From Sphyrna mokarran (Eukaryota), in assembly GCA_024679065.1 (NCBI GenBank), contig JAGIQG010000004.1, forward strand, positions 91,264,001-91,328,000: DNA of 64,000 nucleotides, in the 5' to 3' direction. The translations under genes were made by a program, and so were the position numbers. Each line of letters starts with the position of its first letter. Position 1 is the first letter of the stretch. Positions 1 to 12,231 of the stretch are shown piece after piece. The notes beneath the pieces were generated by a model. The model was given only the letters and a program-made list of their open reading frames with translations. It did not search any database and was not told the origin of the DNA.

Positions 1-104
1 AAGAATCTAGACCAGTGAGTTCAAAGTTCAGCCTAAGCATAAAGCTGAGTTAACTTACCTAAAAAAAAATTGCAAAGGGTTGGGTGTGCTTGGGTTGGCA
101 TGAA

Positions 105-608
105 GAACATAAGAACTAGGAGCAGGAAAAAACCATCTGGTCCCTCGAGCCCCGTCCGCTATTCAATACGATCATGGCTGATCTTTTCATGGATTCGGCT
201 CCATTTACCTGCCCACTCACCATAACGTTAATTCCTTTACTGTTCAAAAGTGTATCTATCTGTGCCTTAAAAATATTCAATAAGGTTGTTTCAACTGCTT
301 CACTGGGCAGGGAATTCTACAGATTCACAACCCTTTTGGTGAAGAAGTTTCTCCTCAACTCAGTCCTAAGTCTGTCCCCTTTATTTTAAGGCCATGTCTC
401 ATATATTGGCACTGGAGGGGGTGCAGAGGAAATTCAGCAGATTGATTCTGGAGTTGAGATGGTTGTCCTATGAGGAAAGACTGAGTAGACTGGGACTATA
501 CTCATTAGAATTCAGAAGAATGAGGTGAGATCTTGTAGAAATATACAAAATTATGAAGGAAATAGTTAAGATCGAAGCTGGGAGGTTGCTTCCACTGGCA
601 GGAAAAAC
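105..608. mobile_element. CR1-like LINE 3' fragment, rearranged (105-400 minus, 401-608 plus)
   Basis: Minus-strand CR1 3' tail (gaacataagaactagg) abuts a plus-strand ORF2 C-terminal segment (LALEGVQRKF). Confidence 0.8.
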
Positions 609-1109
609 CGGCAAGCGCAGCTGGAGAATCCTGCCCAATGGGCCAAATTTTCGCTACCAGATCAGGTACACAGAGACAGGAGAATTCCCAACCCTACAAA
701 GCCAACCATAAGTGTCAGCCCAGACATTGGATTTTCAACCTGGAGAACAGCATTAAAACATGCTCTTAGACTGATTGGTGTAACAAATTGTCCCTAAATT
801 AGCCTTCCCTCAATCTTCCCCAGTGGGTGTAAACAAAGGTCATAGGTACAGGAGGGCACTCATAATGTTAAAATGGTGGCCCGGGCTCATTGGGCCAAAA
901 GGGCCTGTTTCCTGTGCTGTATTGTTCTTTCTTCTTTGATTGAAGTGCAGGATAGGCACATCCCTGCAGAAATGGTAGAATTCGGGAACCATGGATTGCA
1001 AGGGAAATTGTAAGCTAATGAAAAAGGAAGCATATAATAGGTCAAGACATCTAAAAACAGACAGAGCCCTTGAGGATAAAGAGAAAGGAGCCATGAAATG
1101 TCTTCAGCA

Positions 1110-1650
1110 AATAGGATCAAGGAGAGTCTTAAGGCTTTGTGCTCAGTTCTGGTCACCTCATTGCAGGAAGGATGTGGAAGCCATAGAAAGGGTGCAGAGG
1201 AGATACACAAGGATATTGCCTAGATTAGGTGGCATGCCTTATGAAGGTAGGTTAAGAAAGCTCAATCTTCTCTCCTTGGAGAGATGATGGATGAGGGGTT
1301 ACCTGATAGAGGTTTCTAAGATGTTGAGAGGTATTGATCGAGTGGATTCTCAGAGGCTTTTCCCAGGGCTGAAATGGCTGCCACAAAAGGACACAGGTGT
1401 AGGGTACTGGGGAGTAGATACAGAGGAGATGTCAGGGTTAAGTTTTTGACTCCAGAGGGTGGTGGATGAGTGGAATCGGCTGTCGTCAGTGGTGGTAGAG
1501 GCAGATTCAGTAGGGTTTTTTAAGAGACTTTTGGATGAGTACATGGGACTTAGTAAGATAGAGAGTTATAGGTAAGCCTAGTAGAAAGGGACATGTTTGG
1601 CGCAACTTGTGGGCTGAAGGGCCTGTATGTGCTTAATTTTTCTTTGTTTC
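1110..1650 (+). mobile_element. CR1-like LINE 3' fragment
   Basis: ORF2 C-terminal peptide QFWSPHCRKDVEAIERVQRRYTRILP...LSLER, followed by a 3' UTR similar to 26940-27280. Confidence 0.85.
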
Positions 1651-1939
1651 TAAATAGGAGTTGGGTAGGACAACCCGAGGAGAAGTATGGAGAATGCAGA
1701 TGTGGCGGAGGGCTGGATGGAAGGTCTGCATAAAAGCTTTGAAACTGTGGCCAAAAAAATAAAAATATTTAAACATTCCTCCAAACACTCCTCATGCCCC
1801 ATCCATGCCAACCTATAATTCCTCACACTTCCCACTCACCCGTATGACTCGTCATAACTGCTACACTAATCCATATCCCCAGTCATCCCCATAAACTTCC
1901 TTAGTCCCTATGTCAGCTTAATGCCATCTCACAGCTGTG

Positions 1940-2490
1940 CACATTTTTGATCTCCTTAGTTGAGAAAGGATATATTGGCACTGGAGGGGGTGCAGAGGAG
2001 ATTTACCAGGTTGATTCCAGAGTTGAGAGGGTTGTCCTATGAGGAGAGGCTGAGTAGACTGGGACTATACTCATTAGAATTCAGAAGAATGAGGTGAGAT
2101 CTTGTAGAAACATATAAAATTATGAAGGAAGGAGATAAGATAGAAGCAAGGAGATTGCTTCCACTGGCAGGCAAAACTAGAACTAGAGGACATGGCTTCA
2201 AAATAAGGGGGACAGATTTAGGACTGAGCTGAGGAGAAACATCTTCTCCCAAAGGGTTGTGAATCTGTGGAATTCCCTGCCCAGTGAAGTAGTGGAAACA
2301 ACCTCATTGAATGCTTTTAAGGCAAGGATAGATACATTTCTGAACAGAAAAACGTTGCATAACAGGTCATAGTGAGTGGGCGGGTAAGTGGAGCTCAGCC
2401 CATGAAAAGATCAGCCGTGATCATATTGAATGGCAGAGGAGGCTCGAAGGACCAAATGGCTTATTCTTGTTCCTAATTCTTATGTTCTTC
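1940..2490 (+). mobile_element. CR1-like LINE 3' fragment
   Basis: ORF2 C-terminus (LALEGVQRRFTRLIP...RMR.DL.ETYKI) and tail cctaattcttatgttct. Confidence 0.85.
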
Positions 2491-2944
2491 ATGCCAACCC
2501 ATGCACACTCAACCCTTTGCAGTTTTTTTTTAGGTAAGTTAACTCAGCAGTATCCTTAGACTGAACTTTGAACTCACTGGTCTAGATTCTTAATTTTATA
2601 TTGAATACTGACTGAATTTATTATTTAAGCTAGGAAGTGATCTTTTTTTAAATTCACAGTTAAAACTATGGGTGTAAGAATTTCATGCATTTGTTAGCTC
2701 ATCTTCCCTCCCACACCACCCCTCCCACCCATCCACCACTCTCTCCTCCCCCCACTTACTCCCAAATGATTTTATTGAAAAGAATGGGAGTTTTGTCCCC
2801 TATAATTTTACACTAATCACTTTTCTTCTTTCCAGCTTTCTTTCATAACTAATTCAACGATCAGCACATGATTACTGAGCCTGACAATTTAAATTCTAAG
2901 CCCTGGTTATTTATTTTTTTTATTTCTATCTGTTCCACATTCAG

Positions 2945-3093
2945 GTTATGAAGTTGCGAAAACTAGCACAGCAGATAGCAAATTGTCGACAATGCTTGGA
3001 GCGGTCAGGGTCTCTCATCAGTCAAGCGGAGCATAGCCTGAAGGAAAACGATCATGCACGTTTTTTACAAACAGCCAAAAATGTAACGGAAAG
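2945..3093 (+). CDS. MID2: MID2/TRIM1-like E3 ligase, coiled-coil-end exon (first exon in the window; gene 5' part lies upstream)
   Basis: Acceptor ttccacattcag|GTT, donor AAG|gtaggc; 149 nt, phase 0 to 2. Translates [49 protein letters not shown](R), a MID1/MID2 coiled-coil sequence. Confidence 0.95.
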
Positions 3094-4089
3094 GTAGGCC
3101 AGAATTGCTGGAACTATTAGTCATTCTCTGGTCCAACAGACAAATTGTATCTATGTATTAAGCATGAAGCACACACTACCCATACATTGGAAATCACAAT
3201 TCCTCTCTAGTTTTTCTCAACTCCTCTCCTAAACTTGATGACTCATGTTAGAATGCAGTTTCATGTGCACCACTCAATCTCCATTACCTTGTCCAAGTTG
3301 CTATTCTTCTATGTTAGTTTGGAGAGTGACCAGAAGCAGGTTAAATTGTCTCGAGATACATTATAGTTGAGTGCAATCTTGTCTTCTCCCACATGTGACA
3401 TACAAGTGTTTTTCAGAAATGGGTAATAACAAGGGACAGGAATTCTAGTTGCAGCTTTTTCTTCCTTGGCCAAGGAGTACTAATGTTGATTGCAGCATTG
3501 TTAATCTAATCTCATCTGCAATCAGGTAGCACAGCTTGATACTTGGGCATTCAGCGCACACAGCTCAGATACATGCAGAGCAAGGCACAGCTATAAAGAC
3601 ATTGGAAAGTTATTAATTGCAAATTTCTTTGCTCTTTTGTTTAATTAATTTGAAGTGCTCAATTATTAGCAAAATATTATTTCAGACCTTGCACATACTA
3701 GAGCTTTATAAAATGGATGACAGGATCTATGAGGATGTCGTTATCTTTTAAGCTTTAAGTGATCAGTAGGTAGAACTTCTGACCAGGGACCAATAATTTC
3801 TGCAGATGTACAATTAGGACAAAAGCATTTCACAAAACAAAGAGTTTGTTATTAAATACAGAGCAAAGCTTAAAGGCATGATTTTCCTGGCCTGCTGCAC
3901 AGCAGGGTGAAAAACAGGATTTGTGACCCGCTTTCCTGTCCAATTTTTTTGGCTGTAATCAGCATTTCCAACTATTTAGTGAGTCTGGGAACAATCATCC
4001 AGACTTGCTAAAGTTTCAGGCCCCCAGCAGTGGGGGTCCGCACCAGGAAGGATCACATATGGTATCCATCAATGGAGATTAGGTGTGAT

Positions 4090-4972
4090 AGCTTTGCTGG
4101 TGGGACTAGAGGCTATTCAGAACCCCCCAGGAGTTGGGAGTAAAATGTTGGGACCCTAGTACTGTCCCCTGGGGGGCATGGCACTAAAAGCATGGCACAC
4201 TGGCAATCCCTAGGGAATTGCCTGAGGGAATCCGCGAAGCTAGAGTGAAGTTTAGTAGAGGGAGGATGGCAGGAAATGAGAAAACTCTGCCTGGTGGAAG
4301 TGTGGGCTGCTGGTGGGTCCAGCACACGTAGGCTGGCTATCAGGGATCAGGTGGGGGACAATCGCGAGGCTGGGGATGGCCATCAGGAGGCCACGGTTGG
4401 CTATTGGGAGGTCAAGAGCGGCTATTGGGAGGTTGGGTCTGGCTGTTGGAAGCTGGAGTCAGCAATCAAAAAGTTGGGGCAGTCAATCAGAGGCTGGATC
4501 CAGCCATCAAAAGGCCAACCATTGGGAGTTGGAGGGTCAGGGCCAGCGATCGGGCTGATGTCAACATGGGGGTGGAAACTCTTGTCAACCAATCACCCAG
4601 TATACTGGGAATTAGGTGCATGTGTGCTAGCTCTCTCTGCGCTCTGATACCAGCCGCTCTGGTGGGTTCAGACTCCACTCTTCCGCCAGCATAAATCCCC
4701 TGATAGACTCTTTATATGCCCTGTTTGTGATCAGAATTCCCCACTCACCTGACAAAGGGGCAGATCCCCGAAAGCTTGTGGCGTTTGCTACAAAATAAAC
4801 CTGTTGGACTTTAACCTGGTGTTGTGAGATTTCTTACTGTGTTTACCCCAATCCAATGCCGGCATCTCCACATCATGACTCTGTATTGCACAGAGTGCCA
4901 TAAATTCATTCTACAGAACTCACCCAAAAAAACAGGGGAGAAAAACTCTCGTATTCCCACCCATTACGTTAT
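4090..4972 (-). mobile_element. GC-rich MITE-like element hosting a Penelope 3'-end fragment
   Basis: 4878-4940 aligns by eye with 24891-24950 (ctct..tgcacagagtg...attcatt...aaaaaaacag); G-rich interior like the other copies. Confidence 0.5.
4742..4878 (+). mobile_element. Penelope-like element terminal fragment with hammerhead-like motif
   Basis: Same terminal sequence as 16376-16510 (aataaacctgttggactttaacctggtgttg...gccggcatctccacatcatg). Confidence 0.8.
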
Positions 4973-6259
4973 TAGGTTTTCTTTGGAAAATCATGCTCTA
5001 ATTCTTTAATGAGAAAATAAACTACTGATTGAATCTACCAATACAACTTCAATTATCTTTAAATTTTGTTTCCATCTTGCTTCTCTCTTATCAAAGCTAC
5101 TGAAGCAAGTTGAGATTCTATAATATAAGTGTCAACTTCCTCAGTACCAAAGTTAAACGACCATTTGCATTTTTAAACAGTAAAAAGGCGAGTATACAAC
5201 ATATTCTATGATAAAAGTCACCTGAAGTTGGTAGTGCCAACATTAACATAGGTCCCAATTTTTATGGGGGAGAATGAGATAGATTTCAAGCAAGATAGCC
5301 CTGGCTGAAATTTCATTCCTTATCTTTGAGAATTGAGACTGGCGGTGGTGTCCCTGCCATTGTTATAGACACAATCAGCTAATACATCTTAGACTGTATG
5401 GCTGAGCACATAGTGGTGGCAGATTTCCCATTGAGCCTTCAAGAAAGAATGCATTGTAGATTGAAATAAAAATGTAATGTGACAAATTTTCATCACCAAA
5501 TGCTCACTGTGCAGCAGACCTACTGCAATATCAATATGCCATATTGTGCAATATGGTTGCAACAAAGTTCAGCTTTTAAGTGAACTGTTCAGGAATTCAA
5601 CATGCCTTTAGAATATATTCCACATTAAGATGTGGCTTCAAGAATTGCATCTTTAGTTCTGTAACTCCTGTAAAACTTCAATGGCTCATAGTTGGCCATG
5701 GTATGTGACTGCGAATTTAATGCAGGAGGACAGTACAAAGCATCTCAATAACTCAGCAACTGTATTGTAGTAGTAATAATGCCTTCCAGCACTAAGTATC
5801 ACGTGACAGAAAGCAACCCAGACTTTGCTGTTGTTTGTGTCTCACTAAGCAGCTACACAATATTAACCGCAAAGATTTTTGATAAACATTCCTGCGTTTC
5901 TCTGTTCCAGGCTGTGCTAATTAAATTTCTCATTGAAAGCAATTTTATCCTTTGTCAGGGTGATTACATGTCACATCAAATTTTATAAAGTAATATAAAA
6001 ATCAAATGTGAGAAAAGGCCCTTCAACAAATTTCCAGTACTCTAATGTCCCCATTTCAACATCAAATGTATTTCAACATTTCTTTCTGTGCCAAAGTTTA
6101 TTCTAACTATTTCTCACTTGAGTAAAGAAGCCTTTCCAAAGATTGGCCCGTTTCCTGCCAGCGTGGGATGACATAGAGATGCCGGCATTGGACTGGGGTA
6201 AACACAGTAAGAAGTCTGACAACATCAATTTTAAATCCAGCCGATTTATTTGATAGTAA

Positions 6260-6299
6260 ACTCGCAAGCTTTTGACTCTATGGTCTTCGTCAGGCGAAT
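6260..6299 (-). ncRNA. Minimal hammerhead-like motif (inverted-arm copy)
   Basis: Minus strand reads attcgc-CTGACGA-A-GAC(cataga)GTC-AAAA-GCT-T-gcgagt: stems intact, GAAA mutated to AAAA. Confidence 0.55.
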
Positions 6300-7405
6300 G
6301 ATGTGTTCTGGTCTCCAACAGCACACATACCAGCACAGACTGTTTACAGATTACTGATTAGAATGCGAATCTTTACACCTAACCTGCTATTCAAGTCTTA
6401 AAGTGGCTAACAATTTGAGTGGAAGGAGCACTGAGCACAGGTTAAAGAGATGTGTATTGTCTCCAGACAGCACAGTAAGTGAGGTTTTTTGCTAACCCAG
6501 GCAAATCATGGGGGTAACAGATAGTGTGACATGAAGCCAAGATCCCTGTTAAGACCATCCTCATGTGCGGAACTTGGCTGTCAGTCTCGGCTCAGCGGCT
6601 CTGTGCTATCATGTGTCGTGAAGGCCCCCTTGAAGAACATTTACTTGAAGGTCAGAGGCCGAATGCCCGTGACCGCTGAAGTGTTCGCCAACAGAAAGGG
6701 AACAGTTTTGCCTGGTGATTGTCGAGCGATGTTCATTTATCTGCTGTCGTAGTGTCTGCTTGATCTCTCCAATGTACCATGCTTCAGGACATCCTTTCTT
6801 GCAACGTATTAGGTAGACAACATTGGCCAAGTTGCAAGAGTATGTACTGTGTATCTGGTGAATGGTATTCTCACGTTTGATGATGTCATCCATGTCGATG
6901 TTCCGGCATGTCTTGCAGAGGTTGCCGTGGCAGGGTTGTGTGGTATTGTGGTCACTGTTCTCCTGAAGGTTGGGTAGTTTGCTGCGAACAATGGTCTGTT
7001 TGAGGTTGCGCAGTTGTCTGAAGGCAAGAAGTGGGGGTGTGGGGATGGCCCTCGCAAGATGTTCATCATCATCAATGATATGTTGAAGACTCCAGAGTCT
7101 TCAACATATCATTGATATCATATCCTAACATATAACATATCACATGTAACATATATCATATGTTATATAACATGTCACACTATCTGTAACCCCCCATGAC
7201 TTGCCTGACTTAGCAAAAACCCTCACTTACCATGATGTCTGGAGACAATACACATCTCTTTAACCTGTGCTCAGTGCTGCTTCCACTCAAATTGTTAGCC
7301 ACTTTAAGACTTGAATAGCAGGTTAGGTGTAAAGATTTGCATTCTAATCAGTAATCTGTAAATAGTCTGTGCTATTGTGTGTGCTGTTGGAGACCAGAAT
7401 ACCTC

Positions 7406-7445
7406 ATTTGCCTGACGAAGGCCATAGAGTCGAAAGCTTACGAGT
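7406..7445 (+). ncRNA. Minimal type I hammerhead ribozyme-like motif (Penelope-associated)
   Basis: CTGACGA-A-GGC(catag a)GTC-GAAA-GCT-T: core boxes intact, palindromic AGCT stem III, stem I damaged by CpG decay. Confidence 0.6.
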
Positions 7446-8510
7446 TTACTATCAAATAAATCGGTTGGATTTAAAACTGGTGTTGTCAGACTTCTTAGCG
7501 TGGGATGATACCATTGGGAATTCCCATTGACAGCGACCAGAGAATCCCGCCGCGAGCAAATAATGCACCACCCACACAGGCAGGAAACACGCAACTGAGA
7601 AGCAGGAAAATCTCACCCAAGTTGTAAATTTTGACAGTGTTTGATTCATACCCTCTACTTTTCTTTCCCGACCTCTTGTGAACCAGTGCTAGGATTATGT
7701 TATGTGTGCAATTGAATATTTCAAATAGCTTGGATTCACAACAATAATGTTTTGTAAAACTTAATCTTCCTTTCACAGCTCCCCTTTACAATTAAATTAA
7801 TGCTATTGCTTTTCTTTGCATCTGATTCTATAGATGGCAATGAGTTTTTGTGACATTTTTAGCAAAATAAGGCTTTGTACATGCAATCTGATTACTTTTA
7901 ATATACTCTCTGAAGACTTGTACCTTACTGCTCTACCTCTACATGCTGCATCATATTGTCTGGACATTGGACAATATTTTCCAGCCTTGTCTGCAGGAGA
8001 TATTGTCGTGGATGGGACGGGAAAATTTGGGAAGCGTTCAGCCAATTTTCTTGTTCTGCTCATGAAAAAAGCTATCATTAGCAGCACCCAAAAATTCCAC
8101 CCATTGAAAATGATCCATCTACTATGTCCAGTTTCTCGCATTGTCTTAATGTACTAATTCAATTCCACTCCATATATGGTTTGAATGTTGTAATGTACCC
8201 ATGTTACTGTCCCCAGAACAAATTAAAGATATGGAGGAAAATGTAAAAAGAATTCAACATAATAAATGTCATTTCTGGTTATTTTCCTTAACAGTTTAAA
8301 AATAACACCATAGTCAGTGCAGGCCTGGAGGGCTGAAAGGCCTGTACAGGTGCTGTAATTGTCTTTGTACTTCGTTCTTTGTAACATCAATTACATAAAA
8401 CAATGAAGCCTTTGCTATATGGCTTTAAAAATTGCTTTACTAGTAAGGTACTTCATGAAAATTATTTTCTGATTTTTGTTGATTTACTTCTATCTCTTGG
8501 TTGACGGCAG

Positions 8511-8638
8511 AGTCGCTATGGCAACAGCATCTTCTCAAGTTTTGATCCCAGACATCAATTTGAATGAGGCCTTTGAAAATTTTACTTTAGATTTTTCAAG
8601 AGAAAAGAAATTACTCGAAAACTTGGACTATCTTACAG
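8511..8638 (+). CDS. MID2: MID2 COS-box exon
   Basis: ggcag|AGTC...ACAG|gtaaag; 128 nt, phase 2 to 1. (R)[42 protein letters not shown]; VAMATA, PDIN and AFENF are MID2-type residues as recalled. Confidence 0.95.
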
Positions 8639-9139
8639 GTAAAGATATTAGAACTATGTTGAAGATCTTTTGTAGTATGTTGTTACCCTGAAACACTCTT
8701 GGGAATAGCTCCACTCTCCATAGAGTCTAAGTTACAGTACACCTTGTCATCCTCACTTATGGAAATTTTCATATAACCAGCACAGTTTTCTTGCGAGGTT
8801 CCATTAGTTTCCTATACCCCAGCAAATTAACTTCAGTATCTATAATCACCTTTTTCAAAGATCTCCATGATCTCATTCTATCGTAACCAAACAACCTTGG
8901 TTAGCTGAATGCGCATAAGTATTGGATAAATGCTTACTCTCCATACTTCATCTCTATGCCTTTTCCCCTGAGATTCATTCCCAAAATCTTTTTCCTTTCC
9001 ACCTTCAAAATCTCCAGCTATGGCACCTTTGCCAATTCCAAATTCTTTCTCCCCCTTCACTTCCAAATCTATTCAATCTTACAAAGCATTTTGAAGAGCT
9101 TTCCATTTCAGAAATGCAGGCTATTATTGCTCAATTATT

Positions 9140-9435
9140 GGGTCCACATGGTGGCACAGTGCTGCCTCACAGCGAAAGAGATCCAGGTTCAATTCCCAGC
9201 CTGGGTCACTGTCTGTGCACAGTCTGCATGTTCTCCTCATACCTGCATGGGTTTCCTCTGGGTGCTCCAGTTTCCTCCCACAGTCCACAATATGCGCTGA
9301 TCAGGTGCATTGGCCATGCTAAATTCTCTCTCAGTACATCTGAACACACACCAGTGGCGATCAGTGGATTTTCACGGTAACTTCATTGCAGTGTGAATGT
9401 AAGCCTACTTGTGACTCTAAAAAATAAACTTAAAC
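9140..9435 (+). mobile_element. HE1-like tRNA-derived SINE
   Basis: A/B-box head (gtggcacagt...ggttcaattccc), core gggtcactgtctgtg...gtttcctcccacagtcc, tail ttttcacggtaacttcattgcagtg. Confidence 0.85.
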
Positions 9436-10844
9436 TGAAACCAAAGGCACCCTTCAACCAGTTTTCTACAAAGTGGCTTCCCTCAATTTTGAACTTTACA
9501 ACTGTTCCTTGAGTCCTTCGTACCATCAGGAAATTGGGAACAGGAGCAGTGAGAAGTTGATAGTAGAATAGGAGAGGAAAGAATAAAGATTAAGAATATG
9601 ATGAGAAGGAAAAGGAGAGGATTAGGTTTAAAATTTTATATGTAAGATCGTGGGATTTTTTGTGCAATAAGCGCTTTTGAGTAAGCAGGAACATACCACG
9701 AGGAAGTATATGCCCTCTATATTTAGTTATAATATGGGTATAAAACAGAAGTCAGGATTTTGCACCCTACAACCTCACAGCATGATTGGTGTTGGCAGAG
9801 ATAGCATGCCATTGGCGGCCAATGTAATCTTCTGGTCCTGCCACTGTCAATAGCTTATTCCGTGGATTGCACCCTCTGCGGCTGGGGATCCCACCAGCCA
9901 GATTAGCCAGAAAATTTCAACAGAAACTCTACCTGTGTAGATTGATAGACTTTAAAAGCTCTTCAACAGAGTAGTACATTTTCACCTGTTTCTGATGTCA
10001 GCTGACCAAAATAAGACAGGATCGAATGCTCTTGGCTGAATCTCTATTAATGTTACTTCAGTTCTTGATTCAAAGAGTCTGAAGTAACTCATTTTAAATA
10101 GTTAGGAACTGAATTGCTACAGTCACAATCTAGTTCAAACAATGCTGGGCTCAGTAACTTCCCTCAATAAGCATCCTTGTTACAAACATTATATCAATTG
10201 ATATTAATCCAGGGTGCGCACATCCATCAGTTTCTATGAACATCTGGCGTTAAAGCTGTGCTCATATTAATCTTAACCCCTCAAGCTGTTGGGTGCCAGA
10301 GAATTGGATTAACACCTTCGCCTTAAGAGTCATGATATTCTCAATACTCTGTGTGGAGAATGTATTTAATTTTGACAAGAGGATTGTAGGCTTATATCCA
10401 GAGTGAAATCATTGAGGTAAATTACTACTATACTGTGAATCTTGCGGACACTATAGCCAGGAAATGCACCAACCTGGCAAAATGTAATTATAGCAGTCAG
10501 CAAAAGAAGGGTCTGTAAGGGTTCAGCCTGGGGTTGCTAGTTCATTGAGCTTTGGCGTTATATGATAATACAGCTGCAAACAAGGTGATACCAAGGTCAT
10601 CACCTTGCTTGCATCTATCCAACAGTACACTGTTAAAATTCCCACTCTCCCACATGCCTTCAGGTAAAACAGGATCTACATGCTTATTATCTCTGAGGAA
10701 CCTGGAGCAAGCTTAATTAGAGTCCCTCATAGTTGAACTAGCTGCAATTCAATTTCACAGGAGTAGTACATCCTCTTTACACTATGAGCCTAGGATTGTT
10801 CAAGAGGTTGAATCCCATCTTTAACCATCATCATTATTCATTGG

Positions 10845-11270
10845 CCTTCAGAAGAGTGAGAGAAGATCTCACAGAAACTTATAAAATTCTATATTAGAAA
10901 GGGTAGATTCAGAAAGAATGTCCCTGATAGTCAGGGATTCTGGAACTAAGAATCATAGTTTGAGGATAAGGGGTAGCATCTTTTAGAGTTGAGGAGAAAT
11001 GTCTTCCCTCAAAAAGCAGCGAATGTATGGAATTCACTACCACAGAAAGGAGTTGAGGCCAAAACGTGGCCTTGTCTCAAGAAGAAACTATTAGAGCTCT
11101 TAGGGCTAAAGGTATCGAGGGATCAGGATACTGAGTTTGATGATCAGCCATGATTAAAATAAATGTGGAGCTTGTTTGAAGGGCCAAATGGCATACTCTT
11201 CTTCAAGTTTCTCTGTCTCTTTCTTTTCATTCTCAGATCTGGCCTACTCTTGTCCCTATTTCTTATGTAT
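10845..11270 (+). mobile_element. Degenerate CR1-like LINE 3' fragment
   Basis: ttcagaagagtgagagaagatctc...gatcagccatgat...tatttcttatgt. Confidence 0.7.
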
Positions 11271-11309
11271 TTTACATAATTTTAACTAGGTGCTGGATTA
11301 ACATAAACA

Positions 11310-12231
11310 TGGGGAGTCAGTCTCCCAAAAAAATTCTAAATGCCAAAAACTGGAATAACTCACTTTTTTTTATGCAGCATTTTCAGAATGAATCTCCCAT
11401 ACTTTATGCACTGCAGAGTGCCTCAATGTGAACTGCATTAAAAATCAAAGGGCAGCCCCTGTTCCCACTGGAAAGGCCAACATCATAGCACTGAGAGAGC
11501 TATTGAGCATGTGCCAACCTATAGCGCTGAGATCAGTGCATGTGCAGTAACTGCCGGCATCCTGATCGCTGGTCAGCCTGCAGCCCCACATCGCTGCCTG
11601 TCCCCCCCACCTGCCAAGTGCTGATCTGTCCTCCCAGATGTTTTCAGCTGCCCCCTGCCTAAATGGCCAGCCCCGATCACCCCCTCCCATCTCTCTGCTT
11701 AATATCTCAATGCAGAGTGGCAGCAAGACCCCGACCTCCACCTGTTCACTCCCATAGGCTCCACCCCCTTGGCATTGCCGACTGCCCAGTGGGCAGTGCC
11801 AAAGTGTCTTTGAGCAGTAATTTTCCCCTTTGTGCCAAGGTGGCATGCCAAGCTGGCATTGCCTAGGGATAGCCCCCCTTCTCCCTGACCTCCTGGGAGG
11901 CTCGATGGCCTCTCTCCCCTCCAGTGGGGTCAGACCACATTCTCTATTAATGGGGAGCAGTAGTAAAACCTGCTGGAGTGAACGATACTTGGCGTGGTTG
12001 TGGAGGATATGTTAGTGAGCCCAGAGACTTCAGCGTAAATACCAATTTAAATATTGAAATCAGCTCCACATCAATTTCTGCCGTGGACCCGATGACTCTC
12101 AATAGATTGGAGCCAGAGGTGCACGGGGGCCGTGGCGCCCAGTGAGGAGCATGCTAAATAGCTTCTGCTAATGTCTGTCGGTGTGTCGTGCTGCTCGAGC
12201 AGCCCAGCAAGCTGGGAGAATTGCCCCCCAC
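11310..12231. mobile_element. GC-rich MITE-like element
   Basis: Imperfect terminal inverted ends (ggggagtcagtctccc / gggagaattgccccc); internal tgcagagtggcagca and ttggcattgcc..tgcccagtgggcagtgcc motifs shared with the 24160, 38614 and 52155 copies. Confidence 0.65.

Larger units (their letters stand above)
6172..7496 (-). mobile_element. Penelope-like retroelement (GIY-YIG endonuclease remnant) with inverted terminal arms
   Basis: ORF 6609-6893(-) has NVVYLIRC...C...YIGE...LRQ.INEHRS (GIY-YIG). 6208-6533 is the reverse complement of about 7171-7497. 12-bp TSD AGCGTGGGATGA at 6160-6171 and 7497-7508. Confidence 0.88.
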
